Below are positions 25,901 through 43,700 of a stretch of DNA of 64,000 nucleotides, in pieces. This DNA is from Owenia fusiformis. Taxonomy: Eukaryota. A program made the position numbers and the translations under genes. The notes below the pieces were generated by a model. That model saw nothing but the letters and a program-made list of their open reading frames with translations, had not been told where the DNA came from and made no database searches. Numbering within the stretch: the stretch's first letter is position 1; the number at the start of each line of letters is the position of its first letter. The stretch is taken from positions 8,494,001-8,558,000 of the forward strand of contig CAIIXF020000001.1 in the NCBI GenBank assembly GCA_903813345.2. Reading direction: 5' to 3'.

Positions 25901-28252
25901 TTCATATAACCCTTATGTGTCTGATACTTATACTAATGAAAATATGTCCAGTAAAGCAAAATATTATCTGTCCACTCAAAGAAAAGATATTTCATTTTTT
26001 GTGGTTTTATAGCATGGGGTCTATGGGGAATCTCCCCGAGCTAGAAGTCACATTTTCAAAGAAAATTAATTTTTCAAAGTTGATAAACACTTTTTAAAAC
26101 CACATTTCTAGATGTAATTTTACATGTAGATTTCAAATATGATATTACTTTGACTGAATTTTGAATTTTTAATGACGTAAATCAAGATTATTTCTACTCG
26201 CATGTGGGTTATTCATTATTTCCAACTTACCTACAGAGCCCCCTGTTGAGAGTTGGCAGAACTCATACATTCCATCAAATACTGGGCAATCTTCTCCTAC
26301 ATTGACTGAAAAAATCAGTAAGAAGTAAGTTTGTGTTAACAAAATGTAATTGAAAAGCTCAGACATATAATATGATGTAAATACTTCACAATGTATGAGA
26401 AATGGTTTTATGTTGGCTCAGAAGAACTTTGTTAAATTCTATAAAGTGAAGTTTTGATAATATTTTTCTTGGAACTTGAAATTTTATGTCAGAATTCCTT
26501 AGACTTACATCTTTGCATCTGTTTGTTGTATTCTGACATGTTGTCTGGCCTGATGCTACGCAGAAACTTAATGTAATCATCACTGTGGAATTTTGTCATC
26601 TCTTCCTGTGTGGCTTTATGAGGACGCTGGACAAATAGGAAAACGAAGAAACAATGTACATGTACAATAAGTAACATGTATTCTCGAGAACAAATTACAT
26701 GTTCACAATATGAAGTACCCTCATGCAAATCAAATATATATGAAAGAGGCCCTGTTACTGTAAGCCTCCTCTTATTTCCCCTCATAAAAAACACGAATTA
26801 ACTGCCCTATATATATTATATATGAAACTAGATGTATAGTAATGCATTAAATTGTACTCACATATATCTCCATCTTTCTATAGAGGCCATAATTTAGTAA
26901 CAGGTTGTGTGTCATGCGTATACGATGGGGCTTCATGGGATGACCTTGGCCATAGTAGTAGTTGCCAATGTCTCCTGAAACATATAATGATTGTACATTA
27001 AAAGCTGAAACCATATATTAAGTTAAAGTTATGCTTGATGGGACCTTTGTTACAAATTCTATTGAATAAAGGGCAAATATTCTGAAAAACATACAGTGAG
27101 TACACTAATACAGAACCTGAGACTAACATGATTTCATGTTAGTCTCAGTTTCTATATAGACTATAGGCTAGAGATTTGAGAAATGTCCTAGTTGACATTA
27201 TCCATTTGAGACTGTTTCAAAAAGAAAGATGTTATACTTTATGAAAGCAAAGCATTTTATGATAGACAATAAATAATAGTGGTTATTTTTTTCAATGAAA
27301 TCGTGATATTTTTTTTTATATGACTAACAAAGAAACAGCCATCTTTACCCCATGCAAGATATTGCAATCTTTCATACTAAAAAGTCACATGCAAGATGAG
27401 ATTAACTTGTGACATCACTGGTTTATCAACATGACAACAGATACAACGATGTTATAACATCATTGCAATTGAAAGATGGTTTTATCATAAAAGAAAGGTG
27501 ACAGTATGAGTATGGCTAACCAAACCCGTCTGGCCCAGTTATCTACTCCTGACGTCGTAGATCTTCGGAAGTAGATAACTGGGCCAGACGGGTTTGGTTA
27601 GAGTATGGCATAATTTAGAGTCATATGAGAAAAACATTCTTGTACTCGTACCTGTGCAATATCGTCCATCCTTGACTCGCTTTGATAATGATCTCATCTC
27701 TGACTCGATAAAGAAGAATTATTAAAGCTCATCAAGTATAGACGATCTTACACAGCTACTCATACAAGAACTTCTATGTCTAAATGGAAATTATATCAAA
27801 TTATTTACTTGAAACAATACTTGAAATTATCGGCCATATTGAACTACGAAATTATGGGCTTCCGTACTTCATTGTGCTTGTTTTGTCAGCTTGTTTTGTC
27901 GGTTTAAAAATGTACAGTTATGCAGATCATCGGTAGGACAAATGATATAAAACTAATTTGAGAATAGGCAATCCTATGTATCGTCACATCTTGAAACTGA
28001 ATCGAATTGATTGTGATTTATGGAAGCGTGGGTATTATGATCGCACCGGTTTTGAAATTTGTTGAATGAATCGCGCTTCTTCTGAAGTTTGAGTATCGAA
28101 TCAGAAAAAATATGTGTTGAATCACAACGAAATCTGTGCATATGCAACTGCAATATCAAAGGAATACATAGAAGTGAATAAATACTAAATAAAGTATACA
28201 TACCATCGTAATAATAGCAAATCTTTTTCTTACTATGCGGAGTACTCGACAT
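19949..28252 (-). CDS. HDAC1: class I histone deacetylase HDAC1/2 (Rpd3), 14 exons, 522 aa
   Basis: Exons: 28204-28252, 26862-26974, 26509-26626, 26231-26305, 25467-25605, 25058-25199, 24427-24519, 22983-23091, 22467-22607, 21983-22150, 21663-21731, 21312-21452, 20360-20447, 19949-20072 (1569 nt). Motifs: [90 protein letters not shown], and an acidic SDSEDEG tail. Confidence 0.97.
20771..21201. mobile_element. about 430-bp MITE (piggyBac-like ends), copy 1
   Basis: TIR core ATGCGAGTAG / CTACTCGCAT, colinear with the copy at 25779-26208. Confidence 0.75.
25779..26208. mobile_element. about 430-bp MITE (piggyBac-like ends), copy 2
   Basis: CCCAAATGCGAGTAG ... CTACTCGCATGTGGG, with degenerate TTAA-like flanks. 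Confidence 0.75.
27517..27600. mobile_element. 84-bp hairpin MITE with 9-bp TSD (Mutator-like)
   Basis: Perfect 31-bp inverted repeat, flanked by GAGTATGGC on both sides. Confidence 0.85.
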
Positions 28253-28560
28253 TACGCTTCTTTCAAGTTTTCCAAGTATGCAAATGAAAGACCTCTTGAA
28301 TAAAAGCGATAAATAGCTAAATGGATTTTAATAGATGTGCTAATAAAATACACTCTTGATCATCGGTTTGATTACAATGTGAATTCTAATACAAACAATG
28401 ACAAATAAATAAAGCTTATCTTTGCATTCGTTTAATAATCATCCCATTAATGTAAACAATATTTTAGTTTATACTATGGAGTCTTAAAAGTAAATCGATT
28501 GACCTGACATCTTTGTTTGTTCATTATAAGCTACTGACTACGGTGGCCTATATATAGAGA

Positions 28561-29449
28561 TTATCCTATACGAGGTTCAGGATATTGGGATTATCCCGAG
28601 GCTAATATAATATATTTGCCCGAGGGCCGCAGGTCCCGAGGGAAAATATATTATATTGGCCAAGGGATAATCCCAATATCCTGAACCGACTATAGGATAA
28701 TATGTTATTCCATACCAATCTTGGTCATCTGGTTTACATTGTTCAATCGTGGAAATATGTTAGAATATTCATGTCCAGTTTTGTTTTCTTGGCCGTCGGC
28801 GGATTTTCCTGTTCTCTCAAATATTCCCACATTTATTTTCTCGAATTTTTGATTGATTAAGTGGATGCTCTTTCCTTTTTTTAAACCATCAAACAGATCC
28901 CGATTGTCTGTGTTTTCTCCATTGTAGTTTACAGTCATTACGCAAACGTTACAAATTATGAACAAATATGCGAGCGGCGATTATGACGTAGCACTGACGG
29001 ATCTGGGGGGGGGGGCCCAGGGGCCCGGGCCCCCCCCATTGGGTGGGCCCAGAAAAAAAAATTTGTGCCCAAAAAAAATTTTGAGCCAAAAAAGGCCTAA
29101 AGGCCCCAAAAAGTAGGCCTTTTTGGTCATAAATGGGCCTTCTAAGGCCTTATTTTTAAATTTTAGGCCAAATTTTGAAGAAAATGGGCCTCAAAATTTC
29201 AAAATTTGGGCCCACTTTTGGGTTTTAGGGGCCCAAAATTTTTTTCACCGCAAGCGCGGAAACTTTTTTCTCAGACCACAAGTTTGGGCCCCCCCCTTGT
29301 TGGTTCCCAGATCCGCCCCTGCGTAGCGGGCAGATATACTATATCTGCCCGCTCGGAGCGGGACGTAAAGCTATATCTGCCCGCTGATGAAAATATAAGT
29401 TTTTACAAACCGGCTTTATGTACCCGTAACACGTCCAAGTATGGGATAA
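28561..29449. repeat. interspersed element with a 140-bp terminal hairpin
   Basis: Hairpin at 28561-28700. Short inverted repeats TTATTCCATAC (28705) / GTATGGGATAA (29449). Hosts the 28992 MITE. Confidence 0.6.
28992..29321. mobile_element. hAT-like MITE with 5-bp TSD, related to 17514-17751
   Basis: TIR CACTGACGGATCTGGG / CCCAGATCCGCCCCTG, TSD CGTAG. Shares the internal sequence aggccaaattttgaagaaaatgggcctcaaa. Confidence 0.8.
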
Positions 29450-31254
29450 ATAAATATATGCTGAGGTAGTAGTAAAAACCACAGGCAATGGAACATAGAA
29501 ATAATCCCCCCACTCTCTATATAAAAGTAAATAAATAATATGAAATATCTTTTATAATTGTGTTTACAAGCACTCCTTTTCCCCCAGCTGATGTCTCGAT
29601 TTTTTTTTTATTGAAGACTGTCATTGAAACATGGCCTTTAACAAGACAAGACTCATTGCAGGAATTAAAAATGTAATGATTGTCTATACCAGAATTAACC
29701 AGTTAAACTCAGTGGTAACTTAATTAATCTGTTTTGTCTCAGAGTCTATTTTCAACATTTCAAAAGTATTTTTTGAATCATTGTGTATTCCGTCAGTCAT
29801 TCTTACTAAGAGAATGCCTCAGAATTTATAAATGAACCCATCTTCATGTAATGATGCACCCCTAGTAGTGATGCTTGGGTAGTAGTAGAAATATCTGTGA
29901 TTCTTCCATGATTTCGACTGACATGAGAAATTGAGTTCAATGGGTATAAATAAAAGGTATAAATAGGGATTTAAAATAAGTGATAGGGACCTCCATATGT
30001 CAAGCAATCATATACAATATTATGAAAATTGAGAAGACCTGTTCTGAAATATGTAGATTGCAGGATAAAACATTTCTTAGAATCAGGAGTGGAAATTAAC
30101 AAACAGTAATAAAGATCATATGTAAAAAAAGCAAAATGGTCACCATTTGATTTACTCAACACTAGTGCCAACAGAAAACCTGGAATTTTGATAAGATTCA
30201 TATAGCACCCACCCAACCATAAATATGCATGCCCATCAACACAAGACAATTTCAGTAGCACTTTTTTAAAACTCCAAATATGACACAAATTTGACATATT
30301 TACAATAATTAAATTATTTATTTTCTTACAAGTTCTTGTACACAATGCTGTTCATTATATGCTGATGAACTGCTAAAATAACCATATATACATCAATTTG
30401 AAAGACAATTCATATCATGATAGAAATGATTATAATGCACTTTTTACATGTTTTAGAACTTAGAAAGCTCAAATATTCTATAAAATCAAAGTTCAGTAAA
30501 AAGAATTACTGTAATACATGTAATAATGAAAATATTTTGAAAGAACATCTGTTTTAAATCAAATCATTACACTGAAAATGAAATACCCTACCCCAGGTTC
30601 CAACTTTGGAACATTCTAACTTATGAATTTGTACTATGTCATTTTCATCTTACAGTAGACAAAGGTTTTCTAGGAAGCATAAGTTACATTTAAACCATAA
30701 ACAGTCCCAAGTTTTTTTCCCAGAAACATGCTAAGGCCAATCATTACATTTAACAACCAATAGATCTATTATCTATAGACCTGTAATTAAAATGGCACAA
30801 AGTTGTTGCCATCAAACCTAAGACATTAGCTAACATGTCCATATAAAATACTGTCACGGGCCAAAACATCATTTTACAATATCTTAATATTCCAGTTTAG
30901 CTGAAACACCCTTTATTTAAATCTTAAAAATCCTATTTTGAATCATTTCATTGCACATATAGTCAAGTGAGGCGTCCTAAAAAATATGAATTAATCTTCA
31001 TAACGGTAATATATATTTTAATGGGTACCAATCCCTCCATTATATTATCAGGTTATTGTGTTATTTAAGGTGAGATATAAAAAATAGATTTTCAAAAATT
31101 CAGCAAATAATTTGAACATTTACATTTTGTCACAAAATGTATTATTATTGCACATCGGAGGAACCTTGTGAAATATTTTCAAATTATTGTACAAGTGATA
31201 ATATTTTCCTGGTTGGCTTTTTGATAATTGGAAAACAATTCATGAAACGATGAA

Positions 31255-31958
31255 AGGAGGAGGGAAAGTATCGCAACAGATTTTGGACAATCATATGTCG
31301 GATTTTGGCTATTTTCTGAGGATTTAAACAGATGCATTTTATGTTAGGCCAATGCATCATATCCAGGAAAAGCAGATTATAAGATAATTTCGACTTTGAG
31401 ACAGGGGAGATGCAAACAAACAACCCACATGTTTTTTTCTGAAATGTTGTCCTGATTTTCAACCCCTTCCACCCCTGCTTTTTCAATTTTTGTTCCATCA
31501 ATATGTTGTGTTTTAAGACACAGTTAACCCCTTTAAAGGAATAAGTAATTCCTCTTCGATAAAGTAAAAAAATCAATATTTTCCATGTTATTTTCCCATA
31601 GGGAAAACTCATGCTAATTTTGGTCATCCATATTGGATATCTTTAAAACCCCTGAAGGAATAACTTATTCCTTTAAAGGAGTTAATTGTGTTTCAAAACG
31701 CAACATACTGATGCAACAAAAATCGAAAAAGAAGGGGTGGAAGGGTTTGAAAATCAGGACAACATTTCAGAAAAAACATGTGGGTGGGTTGTTTGCATCT
31801 TCCCTGTTTCAAAGTTGAAATTATTTCATCATTTCTATGAGTACTTTTCCTGGAGGATACACATTGGCCTAACATATATACCTGGTTAAATCCTCAGTTA
31901 GTAGCCAAAATCCAACATATGACTGTCCGAAACCTGTTGCGATACTTTCCCTCCTCCT
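31255..31958. mobile_element. foldback MITE with about 300-bp TIRs; related copy at about 45360-46015
   Basis: GGGAAAGTATCGCAACAG... vs ...CTGTTGCGATACTTTCCC, with long inverted arms. TTAA at the right flank (Kolobok-like). Confidence 0.8.
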
Positions 31959-32502
31959 TTTAACTTGAAACAAATTTTTGAATGCCCAAAGACCAAAAAT
32001 ATATATACAGTTTCTCAGAAACTCAAAATATACTTTTACATCAAGATCCATACAAAAGTCTCGCCAATTGCCGTTTTATTTATGTTTGTTTTGGAACCTA
32101 GGAGCTATACATATATGTACATAAATATATAGTGCTGCCTGAAGTAGTCATTCTGCGTAATGTACAGGACTTTAACAAGTAGTCCATGTCCCTTTTTCAT
32201 CAATTTCCATTTGAAATACTGAATGATTTAACAATATTGTTCTTTGTAAATCATATAGTAAAGTGTTCAGGGATATAAAAACTGTACCATGTTTACTGCA
32301 TTTGTTAATGAACTTATTTCAAACATCTACTTAGACACCCACCATGTAACAGCATGGATTTACTTCTGTTTGGAGATATCAAAAATTCCAACCCCCTTAT
32401 TTTCAACTTTTATCTAAATACAAATTTTCCTGAAGAAGTTCACCCATGTTATTCTATCATGATGGGCTCCTATGAACCCTAGCAGATCTGTTTGGACTAA
32501 AC

Positions 32503-38511
<6,009 letters not shown>

Positions 38512-39026
38512 GGCTGCTCACCTCTGAAAATTTCAAATTATGTTCACTCATAATTTTTTTGTTTTTGCACTAAAGTGCATAGAGCACGGGATGTCGCCAT
38601 TTTTCAACTTTCAGTTTCGAAACTTCTAATTTCATGCATCTTTTTGCGTATAGCAGTCGTTATAGGCTGTCCTTCGTTAAAAATAATATACGGGAATGAA
38701 CCTAAGGAAACAAAGAACTCTAGGAACTACCAATTTTTAACAGTGGACGTGTCTTGAGGAAGAAATCGACTCTGGAGGTAATAATTTGGATGCGAAAATT
38801 GCCGGTTCTTGCATTTTAATCACTTCTTTACATATTCTTCAGATTTCTCAGCAACTAGTGGATGGATTGCTACGATTTTGGGTAACTTTGCTCTGTAGTG
38901 TTGTTTGAATCAGCATGTTGATTATTGAAAGGATTCCTTATGATTTTACTGGATATATCTAACAATCATTTTCTACAAATTTCAGGAAGCATCAAAAACG
39001 ACCCCCCTTTTACTCTTAATAAGAAG

Positions 39027-40111
39027 TAGTGTTGTCGCGATGTGCCATAATCGTACATCGATGCATCGGCAATTTTCAGTAGTAAACATCGATGCACATC
39101 GCGAAAAGTGCACTGAAATACCGAATGCTAATGCACTAAAATATCGAACAGAACAAATTAATAAGAGTACGCTGGTACATCCGGGAACATAGTAACGGTG
39201 AAATGAAAGTTAAAGCGGCTCTAAGGTCTGTGGAGAGAAAAATGGAGAAATTTTACCTTTTCTGAGCTATCGGGGTGAAGTTTGGTCCAACATCTTCTTC
39301 CTTATTCCTATTTTATAAAAATGTATGCATATGGCAATATTCATCAACCAGTAGAACTGGCAAATAGTTTAGAATCTACAATTCCATACAAGGAGTCCCA
39401 CTCATAGATTTTTCAAATTCTTCCCAAGTCGACGTCGAAACACCTAGTGGGTGAAATTGAAACTAATTTTTCTGGCTGCTCGAATCGATAAAATCTCTGA
39501 TAGTGTGAGTCTTTTTATGAAATCTTTCTGATAGAAAACACTTAATTAATATTAGAAAGCATTAAATGTTGAATCCGAAGCGTAATCTGAAATAAAAGTG
39601 AAAAAACATTGCGCGGACGTCAGAGAAAAACTTCCGGTTTAATAAAAAATGGCGGACGTCGAAGGAGAAATTTTGACGAAGAATTAGAGGATTTTCCTTT
39701 GCCATTATCGATCGTTATAAGGTATGTGCATAAATTCTAGTAGCATACATGGAAAATAGATACATTTTTAAAGGCAACAACATATTCAAAGCTTTCATTT
39801 TACGATAGGCCCAGGAACATTGGATACGACTCGGCAATCGATACTCCCACTTTAAGTAATTTTTTTAGACTTATGGTTCATTTCGACTAGCTAAAACAGT
39901 TTTAAGCGAAAGAATATCAGAAAACATTTGAAAATGAAATAAGACATGAAAAAAGGTAAGCAATTTGTGTCAAAATAAGATAAGAAAGGGCGATTTTTAG
40001 CAAATTAAAATTTTTTAAAAACATCAATGTTTTGTTTCAGACATCGATGCATCGCCAGAACCAGCTTTGGCGATGTATATCGCGATGTATCGATTAATCG
40101 CCACAACACTA
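39027..40111. mobile_element. non-autonomous hAT element
   Basis: TIR TAGTGTTGT / ACAACACTA, 8-bp TSD ATAAGAAG and CATCGATG subterminal repeats. Contains a Kolobok-like fragment from about 39213. Confidence 0.85.
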
Positions 40112-40469
40112 ATAAGAAGTACACACTCTTCGGAGGGCTTGCCCGACCCTTCAGACAAGCCCCTGTGATTAGCCTTTTGCAGATTATTGACATAGACATA
40201 GATATTTTCACCAACATATCAGATGAGATACTCCAATTTGCTTCATCCTGCTGTGGACAAGTTATCAAGATCTTGATTGAGATATCCGACAGTGAGAGTA
40301 TTAGGGAAGTGTGAGCTTAGATCTAATTATTATTGAAAATAAATAATTTTGATGAAAAAATCAAAATATGCCACTATTATCAAGCTGTTTTTAATCAATT
40401 TAAGCTATTTATAAGCCAATTAATAACTTGAAACGAAGGATACATGTATCGCTAATACAAAAAACTTAA

Positions 40470-40765
40470 AATTACTCACTAATTTGAACTAGTTATGAAC
40501 TAATATAGATGTTTTTGTCAATTTCGTTTACTTCTGGACGTCATTATTTCCAACCATTTTTAAATCTCGACAAAACGAGATCAAGATTAATTTTGCACTT
40601 GCGGTGCATATCATTGATATAATGTTCTCCAAACCAATAACATAATTATTGATAAAATATAGGTAATCGAAATAGAGTAGTAAATAGTTCCAATGCATGA
40701 AAATGACGTTTTTTATGTAAAATAAATATCTCGAAAAAGCGAGATCACGATTGTAAACAAAGATG
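40470..40765. promoter_or_regulatory. probable bidirectional promoter of TMEM259 and BABAM1
   Basis: The genes diverge from here. A YY1-type AAGATGGCGG overlaps the BABAM1 ATG. A minus-strand GTGAGT donor at 40474-40479 could end a non-coding TMEM259 exon (acceptor at 38524-38525). Two ATCTCG-N6-CGAGAT palindromes are present. Confidence 0.55.
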
Positions 40766-43700
40766 GCGGACGATCAGAAAAAAGCAGTTCTGAAAGAATT
40801 AACACAAAGATTGCCTAAAACAGAGACTCACGCCAGTAATGATGCTCAAAAAGAGCATGCAAACATAAGTTCGACCTCTAATTCAAACATGAAACAAGCC
40901 AACACAGCCTCAAGTAGCAAAGTTAGGGATACAAATGACTATGAAAAACCACTTCCGCCTGTGCCAAAAAATGATGATGATTCTGCCTCATCTGCTGATG
41001 AGGAAGTGATTGCTGAAATGCTATGTCCAAGAATCAATTGTCCTGAGAAAATAGTAGGTAGATATGCAGTCGAAGACAGAATTCTATAGATGGCCAATAT
41101 GTCCGGATGCGAGGTTCCATTGCTTTGCTTTGCATATACATCCAGCAATTTGATTCATTGATTGGTTCAAATTAGGTGCAACAAGTAGTGCAGAGGGGCC
41201 ATTCAACGATCATGGACCAGTGTCAAAATATATTTAAGTTTGGATATTTCATCAAGACTAACATCTATTTTTATTTTCTACAAACAAACCCCCTAGATTT
41301 ATCCCGTTCCAGGACTTATGGTCCTGTACTGAGCGCATACATTTGCCTGTACGATTACAACTTGGGAGAATTATCTACGCCCCTTCCACTTAAGAAACCT
41401 ACCTCAATGCATTCTAGGACTCAAAATGTAACTTCTAATATATTGGAACCGCCGATTGTCTGGGTTAGTTGGCACAACAAGGTCTTTTTGTTTCTTATGG
41501 CTCTTTTGGTCGAAGTTCGATTAAGATGGCGGTTATAACGGAATTTCCCGAAGTTTTCCGTAATAGCACGAACTTGGTATTTCGTTACGTCACTTCCGTG
41601 TAAAATGGATTTGTTTCCGGTAAGAGGGAATTTCGAAAATTTCGGACAATATTTTCAATATTTACTGCCATGTCGACATCCTATGCTCTTAACTGTATAC
41701 TGAATGGTTAAACAATGTTTCTTACCGGAAACAAATCCATTTAAACACGGAAGTGACGTAACGAAATACCAAGTTCGTGCTATTACGGAAAACTTCGGGA
41801 AATTCCGTTATAACCGCTATCTTAAAGTGCCTGATAAACTATAAAATGCGCATGCGTCCAGGTGTTGATAAACTATAAATAGCGAAAACCCAGGGTTTGT
41901 CATCACAAGGTAAGCCAGGACGTGTTGAGCGAACATCTAGTGTTGATATTGAATTTACATGTAGCCAGATAAGTTTCCTTATTGAAATTACATATAGTTA
42001 TTAGCATACTTTGTAGGTGATAATTAATTAATAAAATATGAGTATATATGAAAGAACTTGGCCATTTCGAACCTGTTGAAAGTTTGTGTCTCTCGGCTAC
42101 ACCGGGGAATTTACTTCCATGAGTACAGACACAAATGTGGGGCTCCCCAAGAGGTACGTGAGAAGGTGACCTGGCATCAAATGTACGACTAAATGCTTCT
42201 ATCGAGTAGATAAAAGAACGAATACGACAATAAGTTATTGCAAACGACAATTCCGAGCATTCATCTCACTGAAGTATTTTGAAGTGAAGAAAATATGATT
42301 TTTGTTTTGAAACATGGATTCAGATGAACGTAACTTCATTCTGACAACTAATCAAAACTGAACAAGATTGATTATACGTAACAGACGATTTATCGTTTTA
42401 CAATGTTTTGATCGGCTAAACGAATGAAACCAAGAAATTGTGACATGTAAAATGGCATTTTTGAAATGTAAAATTTAAAAGTGACAAACACAACCTCCCT
42501 ATCCACTCTTTATGAGCCCTAATATGTACATGCAGCAGTGGTAGTGTACAGCTTATTATCACGCTTTGTATTCTAAAGCTTGTTGTTTTTGATAACACTG
42601 TTCACTCGACGTAAATGTTTTGTGTGTGCGCAGTCAACGATAATCATTGTTTTATCCCGGTTATATGACCTCGGCAATTATAACAAAACCGTACTAAACG
42701 AAAAAAAACACAAATAAGAGAAGGCTTTCACACACATATAAAAAATGAACTAGTCTAATCCGCCAGTATAAACTCTGTTATATACGTAGCCAGGTCGGGC
42801 GCACACTTTAATCGAACTTCGACCAAAAGAGCCATAAGAAACAAAAAGACCTCGTTGTGCCAACTAACCCAGACAATCGGCGGTTCCAATATATTAGAAG
42901 TTACATTTTGAGAATGCATTGAGGTAGGTTTCTTAAGTGGAAGGGGCGTAGATAATTCTCCCAAGTTGTAATCGTACAGGCAAATGTATGCGTTCAGTAC
43001 AGGACCATAAGTCCTGGAACGGGATAACCCCTAGATAATCATTATTTCAGCTTATATTCCTCTTGAAACATGGTGGATCTTAAAAATATAAAAGTGGACG
43101 TCCCCTTTTTGAAGCTTTAAACTGAATTTACACTTTTTAATGCCGAAATTGATAGTTTATCCATACATTTTAAGAAAATAGGTATGTCGAAGAAGATGTT
43201 AAGCCAACTGTTGCCTTGATAGCGCAGAAAAAGTTAAAATTTTCCTATTTTCTCTACAAGCCTTATTGCCCCTTTAAAGTGCATGGGCAATCAATAAAGT
43301 ACTCATATTTTGAGATAGACTAGACGTCACTTATGTCACTTAAAAATTCGAAATGATTTTACATGTTAATTCTGTACTTGGTCAGCCATGTTGGCGGAAG
43401 TTACACTGAAACGCAAACTCCATTAAACGAAACGAAATCATTAGAAAAATCCATGGCACACATTGTGCGCATGTGCAGCAAAGTTTAAACCAATCAGATT
43501 ATTTGATTATTTTGCATGGGCAATCAATAAAGTACTCATATTTTGAGATAGACTAGACGTCACTTATGTCACTTAAAAATAATATCTAATAATTATTAGG
43601 TTTATTTTTGTAAAGTGTAAAAACAAAAAGTATACATCCAACAGATTGAAGTGTAATGACAGAATGTCAGTCGAATATCAGAAGGTATGAGCTGTATGGT

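Larger units (their letters stand above)
41174..43273. mobile_element. Kolobok-like MITE split by a nested Mutator-like element
   Basis: 41174-41298 plus 43037-43273 rebuild the intact copy seen at 51462-51809 (AGGTGCAAC...GTTGCCCCT, TTAA). Confidence 0.8.
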
